DNA of 45,899 nt from an uncultured Eubacteriales bacterium (lineage in GTDB: Bacteria > Bacillota > Clostridia > Lachnospirales > Lachnospiraceae): assembly GCA_902796795.1 (NCBI GenBank), contig CADBQM010000304.1, positions 1 to 45,899 of the forward strand, in the 5' to 3' direction. This document shows, piece by piece, positions 18,541 to 25,943 of this stretch. The notes under the pieces were generated by a model. The model worked only from the letters and a program-made list of their open reading frames with translations, was not told the origin of the DNA and made no database searches. The number at the start of each line of letters is the position of its first letter. The first letter of the stretch is position 1. Position numbers and translations under genes: made by a program.

Positions 18541-20124
18541 TTAGAACACCCAGGCATTGCCGCTCTCCTCGTCGTCGTCATCCGCTGCCATCGGCTCGAA
18601 ATGGAACGGCGGCTTGTACTGTCTCACCAGCGGAAGCAGGACGTCCTGCATGTTCACCGCGGTGTGGCATTCGTCATCGAAGATCATGGTCTGCATCTCG
18701 CCGTCTTTACAGGGCTTCCATTCCGGAAGGCCTTCTACGTTCGGATCACCGGTCTTCGCAAAGTTCACGAACGCGCCGGACATCAGCCGGTCGAGTGTCT
18801 CGTAGTCGCCCTGGTGGCAGAGCGGGATCAGCTCGGCATTGTGGAAGAAGTACGGAATATCGGAACAGTGCCATGCCGCGCGCCCGCCGTCATAATCAAA
18901 CACCTTCGCGAAGATGTAGTTGTAGACCGGCGCCTTGGCTTCGGCTGCTTTTTTCTTTACATAATCCACGGTGGAGGGAAGGAACATGCCGTCCAGATCG
19001 ACCGCATAGACCTCGTTCTTGCCGGGATACTGCTTCCGGTATTCGTCGAGGATCTTCTGTCCGCCCTCTTCGCCGTAATATTCCTTCACGATGCGCTCCC
19101 GTTCTTCCACGGAAAGCTCCGCACGGACGCCGTAATCGCGGATCATGCCGAATTCCGCCACGACGGTACCGACGATCGTCGGGATCTCCAGCGAGAAATC
19201 GGTAAAGTCGTCATCCAGCGGATCTGAGACGTAATAATCGTTCGGCATCGGGGTCCAGCCCACACGCTTGCCTTCCTTGCGGAAATCGGCGATGGCGCCG
19301 TTGACGGCCCAGATGTACTGCGGGACCGGGACCTTCTCCAGCTTCTCCGCTTCAGCTTCCGGGATGTTCAGTTTGGAAAGGATCGCAAGCACCAGCTCCT
19401 TTGCGCTGCAGTCGGAAAGGAAGTCACCGGAGGGAATGACGCCGGACATAACGATCATCTTGTGGAACAGGCCCTTTGCCTCCGGGATCTGGCCGAGGAC
19501 GGTGACCTTTCCGCCGCCGCCGGACTGACCGAAGATCGTGACGTTATCGGGATCGCCGCCGAAGGCCGCAATGTTGTCGCGCACCCAGCGGAGCGCTTCC
19601 ACGATATCCGCCATACCGACGTTGACGCTGTTCTTATATTTCTCGCCGAAATCGGACATATCCAGATAACCGAAGGCGTTCAGACGATGGTTGACGCTCA
19701 CGACGACCACGTCGTCCAGTTTCGCCAGGTTGAAGCCGTCGTAGCAGACCTGTTCGATCGAGGAACCGGCTTCATAGCCGCCGCCGTGGATCCAGAACAT
19801 GACCGGCTTCTTCGCCGCCGGATCGCAGGCCGTCGTCCAGACGTTCAGGTACTGGCAATGCTCGGAGGTGGGCCAGAAACGGTGCGGGGTCTGGACCTCG
19901 CCCGTCGGCATCGGCTCATTCAGGACCGGGCATATCATGCCGTAGGAGCCGGCGTCTTTTACGCCTTCCCAGGCCTTCACGGGTTCCGGCATCTGGAAAC
20001 GTTTTGCCTTCGCATAGCGGATGCCGTAGAAATGATCGACGCCGTTAAAATGGAAACCGCGCAGTTTTCCTTTTGTGGTCTCCACGATCGGCGCCCTGGT
20101 GTTCATGCAGAAATCTTTGACCAT
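18541..20124 (-). CDS. Carboxylesterase type B, 527 aa
   Basis: Motifs YGIRYAKAKRF, IHGGGY and GQSGGGGK. RBS-like AAAGGAA upstream of the ATG at 20124. Confidence 0.9.
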   Translation of the reverse strand: MVKDFCMNTRAPIVETTKGKLRGFHFNGVDHFYGIRYAKAKRFQMPEPVKAWEGVKDAGSYGMICPVLNEPMPTGEVQTPHRFWPTSEHCQYLNVWTTACDPAAKKPVMFWIHGGGYEAGSSIEQVCYDGFNLAKLDDVVVVSVNHRLNAFGYLDMSDFGEKYKNSVNVGMADIVEALRWVRDNIAAFGGDPDNVTIFGQSGGGGKVTVLGQIPEAKGLFHKMIVMSGVIPSGDFLSDCSAKELVLAILSKLNIPEAEAEKLEKVPVPQYIWAVNGAIADFRKEGKRVGWTPMPNDYYVSDPLDDDFTDFSLEIPTIVGTVVAEFGMIRDYGVRAELSVEERERIVKEYYGEEGGQKILDEYRKQYPGKNEVYAVDLDGMFLPSTVDYVKKKAAEAKAPVYNYIFAKVFDYDGGRAAWHCSDIPYFFHNAELIPLCHQGDYETLDRLMSGAFVNFAKTGDPNVEGLPEWKPCKDGEMQTMIFDDECHTAVNMQDVLLPLVRQYKPPFHFEPMAADDDDEESGNAWVF

Positions 20125-20285
20125 ATCGTATTCCTTTCTTCAAAACTCCGAAAAGAAGCGAAAAGGACAGAATGACGGGTATTTTTATCTCTACTCGCGC
20201 ATCCTGCCCTCTTATTCTTTTCTGTTTCTGCGGACACAGCCAAGATCTGCTGTGCCGCGATCAGGGCCTAATGCTCTTCCTTGAA

Positions 20286-22010
20286 TCAATAAGCAAACTT
20301 CACGTTCTTCAGCGTGATGGTGCCGCTCTTCACGACGACCTTGACGGTCACGCGCTCACCGGTCGCGCCGACAGCAAATTCTTCCGACCATTCGGGCTCC
20401 AGGATCGAACCGGCCGCAAACTTCACGGTGCCGATCACTGCACCGCCGCAGAGGATCTCCGCTTCGCCTTCGCCGATGCCTTCGAAGCTGACCTTCAGGC
20501 CTTCCTTGACCTCACGTACAGTATAATTTGCATATTCGCCGGCCGCAAGTTCCAGCGCCAGGTCCTTCAGCGGATCATAGCGCTCTTCGTTCGGATCCTG
20601 ATACCAGGCAAACTTCGGATACGGCAGCCCCTTCGTGGTCGCCCAGACGAGCTTGGTATGGTCTTCCAGACGGAAGTTCAGGTAGTTCGAAAACTCCCAG
20701 TTGCCATAGTAGCGGCTGCCGTCCTCAGTCCACATATCATAAGCGACACCTGCCAAGGTGATGTCCGGGATCTTCTTCATGGTGCGCGGTCCATCGTAGT
20801 TCACTTCACAGTTTTCCAGCTTGGTGGACTCGATGAAAGCATCCATGATATTGATGCACTCTTCGTACGTCGGACGCGGGCCGACCATCTGGAACTTCTG
20901 GATCTTGTCCCAGCCTTCCGGAACGAAGTGATGGACCATGCCTCTGCCGTGAGGACCGCCGGAACGGCCGCGCTCCGCCGCCGTCTTCCAGCCCCAGGGC
21001 GTGTAGGAAACATGCAGCCTCTCGCAGATATCATAAAACACCGGGTCGACGTCCGGGCCTGCGCCGCACTCGCCGAGCCACAGCGGAACGTTCAGCTCGT
21101 CGCGCTTCAGGATCCAGCCGTACAGGTCCTTGATCTCCGGCGACGCACCGTAAAGGTGGATCGAGATCGCCCAGTTGTGATATTCGGGATCATATTGATG
21201 GTTAAAGATCCGGAAATCTCGTGCGTACTTGGCACCTTCCAGGAAGAAGATGTGCTGCTTGTCGATCTTGCGGATGCGGGCGATACACTCTTCATAATAC
21301 TTCTCAAGAAGCGGGATGTACTCATGCTGGATCGGGGAGCTGACCGGCTCGTTGATCAGGTCATAGCCCGCGATGATCCAGCGGGAACCGAAGCGGCGGA
21401 CGATCTCTTCCCAAAGGAGGATCTGACGCTCGGTGGACTCTTCATCAAGGAAGACGCTCGGATACTCGCAGAACAGGGAGTCGCCGGTCGCGCCGTTGTT
21501 GCCGCCGATCACGCCGTGCATGTCAAGGATCGCGTATACACGGTACTTTTCGCAGGCGTCGATGATCTTCGCCAGGCGGGAGAAGCCGCCCTCGTTGAAG
21601 TTGATGCCGGGCTCTTCATACAGGAGCGCGTTCGCATTCAGCACGATACGGACGCAGTTGAAGCCAAGGTCCGCCATCAGTTTGATATCTTCTTCGCGCA
21701 GATGGTTCTCTTCCCAGCGCTCCCAGAAGGTGGACTCATATTTGGCGCCGCAAAGCTCTCGAACCATCTGGGACACGAAGCGGCGGCTCGTCCAGCGCTC
21801 CGGATTGTGATCGTTGCCCGGGCCCGGGAACAGGATCCACTTGAAAAGGTTCTGCGGCAGCGGCGCGGAGCCGATCATAAAGCCTTCGGTGTTTTCCCAG
21901 TTTGCGGTGCCATAACCGTTCAGGATGATCTCCTGTCCGTCTTCATTCACGAAACGGACGCCGTCAGTGCGAAGAACGCCTTTAACAAATTCGTTGTTAA
22001 GTTTGCTCAT
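20286..22010 (-). CDS. Glycoside hydrolase family 5 enzyme with a C-terminal beta-sandwich domain, 574 aa, cytoplasmic
   Basis: GH5 acid/base context YDLINEP and nucleophile context LWLGECG. No signal peptide. The last ~170 aa are beta-rich and non-catalytic. Confidence 0.8.
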   Translation of the reverse strand: MSKLNNEFVKGVLRTDGVRFVNEDGQEIILNGYGTANWENTEGFMIGSAPLPQNLFKWILFPGPGNDHNPERWTSRRFVSQMVRELCGAKYESTFWERWEENHLREEDIKLMADLGFNCVRIVLNANALLYEEPGINFNEGGFSRLAKIIDACEKYRVYAILDMHGVIGGNNGATGDSLFCEYPSVFLDEESTERQILLWEEIVRRFGSRWIIAGYDLINEPVSSPIQHEYIPLLEKYYEECIARIRKIDKQHIFFLEGAKYARDFRIFNHQYDPEYHNWAISIHLYGASPEIKDLYGWILKRDELNVPLWLGECGAGPDVDPVFYDICERLHVSYTPWGWKTAAERGRSGGPHGRGMVHHFVPEGWDKIQKFQMVGPRPTYEECINIMDAFIESTKLENCEVNYDGPRTMKKIPDITLAGVAYDMWTEDGSRYYGNWEFSNYLNFRLEDHTKLVWATTKGLPYPKFAWYQDPNEERYDPLKDLALELAAGEYANYTVREVKEGLKVSFEGIGEGEAEILCGGAVIGTVKFAAGSILEPEWSEEFAVGATGERVTVKVVVKSGTITLKNVKFAY

Positions 22011-22067
22011 AAGAGATTTTCCTTTCTATTTTTATCGAAAATTATACGTTTTTGGGGTTTTCAGGGT

Positions 22068-22120
22068 ATAAAAAGGGCGGAGGCCCCCGGTGTTACCCGT
22101 TTCTGTACCTGCCTCCACCC
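22068..22120 (-). terminator. Probable intrinsic terminator after the solute-binding-protein gene
   Basis: Minus-strand RNA: GGGUGGAGGC, a 26-nt loop, then GCCUCCGCCC, followed by UUUUUAUA. The stem is 10 bp with one G-U pair. The large loop lowers confidence. Confidence 0.55.
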
Positions 22121-22143
22121 TTATGAGATTGTGTTCTTTTCGA

Positions 22144-23760
22144 TTATCTCTTGTTGAAGCGGTCAAGCGATGCCTGATAGGTATCGATGATCTCCTGATA
22201 ACCGTACTGAAGGAGCTGTGCCTTGAAGTCTTCGAAGCTGGTGTTGTCTTCGCCGATGATGTACTTAAGCATATGCTCGTCGATCAGGGTCTTGACAGCC
22301 GTCATCTTCGCATTGATCTTGTCGCTTTCCTCTTCGGTCAGCGTATAGGTGCTGCGGGAGAAGTTGATATTCTTTTTCGGAGCGCTCCAGATATCGACCG
22401 CTTCCTTCTGCTGATTGGTGCCGCCGGCGTTCACAGTAGAGACCTTTTCGGAAGCAGCAGTATTGTGCTTGCCGATCCAGCAGCTGCCCCAGCCGAGCGC
22501 ATACTTCTGAAGGACGTCAGATGCAGCAAGGCCGTTGGGATCACTGAACATCGCGTCGGTAAAGGTCGGGACACCATTCTCCATGGTGTAGCTCTCTCCT
22601 TCGATACCGTACCAGTTCAGCAGCTCGCCTTCCTTGGTGTACAGGAAATCGATCCATTTCGCAGCGAGTTCCGGATTCTTGCAGCTCGTAGAGATGAAGG
22701 TAAAGTCCTTCGCCTCGATGCGGTCGCCGGACTGTACCACCTCGTCGCCTTCCTTGACTGCCGGTGCCGCGATTGGCTGCAGGAATTCAGACTCATTGTT
22801 GCACATATGCATCTGATAGTAGTTATTGCCGGTGAACGCGGAAAGGATCCAGCTGTACAGCAGATGCTCGTTGTTTTCCACGGAGGCAGGAGGATTGAGG
22901 TAATAGTTGAAGGAGGTGAAGTTCGGGTCAATAAGGCCCTCTGCATACCATGCGCGCATGGTGTCAAGATATTCACCGAAGCCGTCCTGCAGTGCAGACC
23001 CGACGACCTTGTCGCCTTCGATCTGAAGATAGGAGTCATTGATGGTCTCTACGCCCCAGGAAAGGGAAAGATGGGAACCACCGGTCTGATGAAGGACGAA
23101 CGGGGTATTGATGCCGCTTTGTTTTGCCTTGACCAGCGCGTCATGCCATTCGGCAATGGTCTTGGGCTCGGCAAGGCCGAGGCCTTCCAGCAGGTCTTTA
23201 CGATAAGCAAGGCCCTGGTACGTACCTTCTGCCTTGCAGTTGAAGTCTTCACCGACGATCAGACGGACGACCTTTCTTGTCCCGTCATCGAACGTCGCCT
23301 GCTTTCTTGCATAGTCATTCTCTTCCAGGTATTTCTTGTAGTTCGGCATATACTTATCGATCAGCTCCGGCATATCTTTACGAATGACACCGTCGCTGAT
23401 ACCTTTTTCAAGGCCGCCCGGATAGTTGTTGTAGTTGATGATGTCCGGAAGGTTATCAGAAGTCAGCAGAAGGCCGAACTTATCCCCGCCCTGCTGCTGC
23501 TCGACCGGGATCCAGTTGATATGGACGTTGGTCATTTCTTCCATCTTTTTGATGCCGGCGATATCGTTCAGATCGGAAACGATGGTGCCGCTGTAGATGG
23601 TCCATACGGACAGTTCCTGTTTTTCCTTGGTCAGCGGAAGGGTCAGTTCGGTGATCGCTTCACCGCTGCCTTTGCCGCTGTTGCCGCCTTTACCGCCGCA
23701 GCCCGCAAGCATGCCGACTGCAAGCACAAGAACAAGGATCAGAGCTAACGCTTTTTTCAT
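22144..23760 (-). CDS. ABC transporter extracellular solute-binding lipoprotein (LplA-like, family-1 sugar/glycoside binding), 538 aa
   Basis: Signal peptide plus lipobox (LAVGMLAGCGG). Large SBP typical of LplABC-type oligosaccharide systems. RBS AAAGGAGAAAAAC. Confidence 0.9.
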   Translation of the reverse strand: MKKALALILVLVLAVGMLAGCGGKGGNSGKGSGEAITELTLPLTKEKQELSVWTIYSGTIVSDLNDIAGIKKMEEMTNVHINWIPVEQQQGGDKFGLLLTSDNLPDIINYNNYPGGLEKGISDGVIRKDMPELIDKYMPNYKKYLEENDYARKQATFDDGTRKVVRLIVGEDFNCKAEGTYQGLAYRKDLLEGLGLAEPKTIAEWHDALVKAKQSGINTPFVLHQTGGSHLSLSWGVETINDSYLQIEGDKVVGSALQDGFGEYLDTMRAWYAEGLIDPNFTSFNYYLNPPASVENNEHLLYSWILSAFTGNNYYQMHMCNNESEFLQPIAAPAVKEGDEVVQSGDRIEAKDFTFISTSCKNPELAAKWIDFLYTKEGELLNWYGIEGESYTMENGVPTFTDAMFSDPNGLAASDVLQKYALGWGSCWIGKHNTAASEKVSTVNAGGTNQQKEAVDIWSAPKKNINFSRSTYTLTEEESDKINAKMTAVKTLIDEHMLKYIIGEDNTSFEDFKAQLLQYGYQEIIDTYQASLDRFNKR

Positions 23761-23831
23761 GTTTTTCTCCTTTTGAATATTGATTTGGTTTACTGCTTTA
23801 TATGCAACCCACCGTCAGGCAGTGAGGAGCT

Positions 23832-24728
23832 TTAGGCCTTGACTGCGCCGACCGTCATACCGGTGACGAAGTACTTCTGCACGAAGGGGTAGACGACAAG
23901 GACCGGCAGCGTGGAGATCACGATCGCCGCGTATTCGATCGATCTTGCGTATACCGAAGCAGCGTTGAAGTCGGAAGATGAAGAGATCTCCTTGGTCGAC
24001 TGCCACAGGATCGTACGGAGTTCCATCTGCAGCGGGTTCAGGTCATCGCGCTGCGACAGATATAACATCGCCGACATGAAGTTGTTCCACTGGCCGACGA
24101 TCGTGAACAGCATGACCACCGCGAAGGTCGCTTTACACAGCGGCAGGATGATCTTGAACATGATCACAAAATCATTCGCGCCGTCCAGTCTTGCCGCTTC
24201 TTCCAGCGCATCTGAGATACCCTGCATCGAGGTCCGCATCAGGATGATATTGAAAACGTTCAGGCAGCCCGGGATGACGAACGCCCAGATGGTGTCGATC
24301 ATGCCCAGCTTGCGGATCAACATGTAGGTCGGGATCATACCGCCGTTGAACAGCATCGTGAACGAGATGATCAGCATGAATGTATTGCGGAACTTGAAGC
24401 GGTTCCGGGAGAATACATAACCCGCGATGACTGTCATCACACCGGTGATCACGCACGAAAGTGCGCAGTACATGATGGTGTTGCGGTAGCCTCTCCACAG
24501 CTTCTGATACTGAAAGAGCATCTTGTAAGCGCCCGTATCGACGTTCCGAAGGGGCCAGAAGACCAGGCCTTTGGCGACGTTCAGGTCGGTCGGATTACTG
24601 ATCGACGCCATGATGACGTGCCATAACGGCAGGAGACAGGCCAGTGCGATCAGTACGAGCAGCAGGATCGCAAACACCATGAAAATGACGCGGCTGACAC
24701 TGGCTTTATACTTGTAAGATCTTTCCAT
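23832..24728 (-). CDS. Carbohydrate ABC transporter permease (LplC-like), 298 aa
   Basis: Six TM segments and an EAA-like loop (ALEEAARLDGAND). RBS GGGAGG. Confidence 0.9.
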   Translation of the reverse strand: MERSYKYKASVSRVIFMVFAILLLVLIALACLLPLWHVIMASISNPTDLNVAKGLVFWPLRNVDTGAYKMLFQYQKLWRGYRNTIMYCALSCVITGVMTVIAGYVFSRNRFKFRNTFMLIISFTMLFNGGMIPTYMLIRKLGMIDTIWAFVIPGCLNVFNIILMRTSMQGISDALEEAARLDGANDFVIMFKIILPLCKATFAVVMLFTIVGQWNNFMSAMLYLSQRDDLNPLQMELRTILWQSTKEISSSSDFNAASVYARSIEYAAIVISTLPVLVVYPFVQKYFVTGMTVGAVKA

Positions 24729-24740
24729 TTCGGCCTCCCT

Positions 24741-25733
24741 TTAAAACATCGAAGTTCCGGAGAGCTTCTTGGTTATCTGGTTGGTACCGACCAGCATGAT
24801 CGTTCCGATGATACTGTTGAACAGGCCGACGGCAGAAGCCAGACCGTAGTTCGCTTCCTGGATACCCATGCGGTAGACGTAGGAGTTGATAACGTCGGAG
24901 AACTGGTAGTTTGCAGGACCGTACAGCAGGATGATCTTGTCCGCACCGACGGCAAAGACCGCACCCATGCGGAGGATCAGCATCATGATGATCATGGGCA
25001 TGATCGAAGGGATCGTTACGTGGATCGCCTGTTTAAAACGGCCTGCGCCGTCCACATAAGCGGCTTCATAGAGTTCCTGATCCACCGAGCTTAGGGCGGA
25101 CAGATAGATGATCGAGCCGTAGCCAAGGCCCTGCCACATGTTCTGCAGGACGTAGATCAGCCAGAAGTTCTTGCCCTGGTTCAGCAGGTTCTGCGGTTCC
25201 GTGCCCTTGAACCAGGCTGCCATCGTCGAGATCGGGCCGCCCGCTTCCACGAATTTCACGACCAGGCCGCACGCAACGACCGCGGAAATGAAGTAGGGCA
25301 TGTAGCTGATCGTCTGCACCGACTTCTTGAAGAGCTTGTTGTGTACTTCATTCAGGATCAGTGCGAAGATGATCGGCGCCGGGAAGTTGATCACGAGGTC
25401 CAGCACACCGATGGCGACCGTGTTGCGGATCAGGCGTCCGACATACGGGCCTTCGAAGAAATCCTTGAAGTTCTTCAGGCCGACCCATTCGCTGCCGAAG
25501 ATACCTCTTCTTGGACTGAACTTCTCAAACGCCATCACGATACCAGCCATCGGGATGTAGTTGAAGATGATGAAGTACAGCAGGATCACGGCCAGCAGGA
25601 TATAGACCAGCTTGTTCCTCTTGATGTCCAGGCCCAGGTTGTGCGGCAGGTCTTTGATGCCGCCGCCTATCCGGTATCCGCCGGACGCGAATTCCAGTTC
25701 GGAATTCTTTTTCTTTTTCTTTTCTTTTGCCAT
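24741..25733 (-). CDS. Carbohydrate ABC transporter permease (LplB-like), 330 aa
   Basis: Trimmed to the ATG at 25733 (GGAGATCATTATG). Lys-rich N-terminus, then TM segments, with an EAA-like loop (ELYEAAYVDGAG). Confidence 0.9.
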   Translation of the reverse strand: MAKEKKKKKNSELEFASGGYRIGGGIKDLPHNLGLDIKRNKLVYILLAVILLYFIIFNYIPMAGIVMAFEKFSPRRGIFGSEWVGLKNFKDFFEGPYVGRLIRNTVAIGVLDLVINFPAPIIFALILNEVHNKLFKKSVQTISYMPYFISAVVACGLVVKFVEAGGPISTMAAWFKGTEPQNLLNQGKNFWLIYVLQNMWQGLGYGSIIYLSALSSVDQELYEAAYVDGAGRFKQAIHVTIPSIMPMIIMMLILRMGAVFAVGADKIILLYGPANYQFSDVINSYVYRMGIQEANYGLASAVGLFNSIIGTIMLVGTNQITKKLSGTSMF

Positions 25734-25877
25734 AATGATCTCCATCTCTAAAAAGTTGATGAGTTCCACGTATAGCCGGAGACTTCCTGATATACCCAGT
25801 ATAGTGTTTCTGAACAAAAGCCGCCTGCCGATATGTGCCTTGTTCCTTTGCAAATCGGACAAAGACGAAAAAGGCGC

Positions 25878-25918
25878 AAAAAAAGCCTGCACGATTTGCA
25901 AACTGCTTCGTGCAGGCT
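25878..25918 (-). terminator. Strong intrinsic terminator after the GH3 gene
   Basis: Perfect 11-bp stem AGCCUGCACGA/UCGUGCAGGCU (25884-25894 and 25908-25918) with a 13-nt loop. It is followed on the minus strand by a run of 6-7 U, 25 nt after the GH3 stop. Confidence 0.8.
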
Positions 25919-25943
25919 TTTCGTTCTTCTTTTGTGTCAGTTC

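Noticed and set aside
20229-20258. Hairpin GCGGACACAGC/GCTGTGCCGC after the GH5 gene, considered as a terminator.
   Set aside because: The stem is bulged and no U tract follows on the minus strand (AGAAACAGAAAAG). Evidence is insufficient.
25718-25748. An identical 16-nt translation-initiation context, GGAGATCATTATGGCA, at the permease gene (25733) and the regulator gene (31159).
   Set aside because: It is too short, and it consists of RBS plus start plus a common Ala codon. The match is most likely coincidence rather than a repeat or shared regulatory site.
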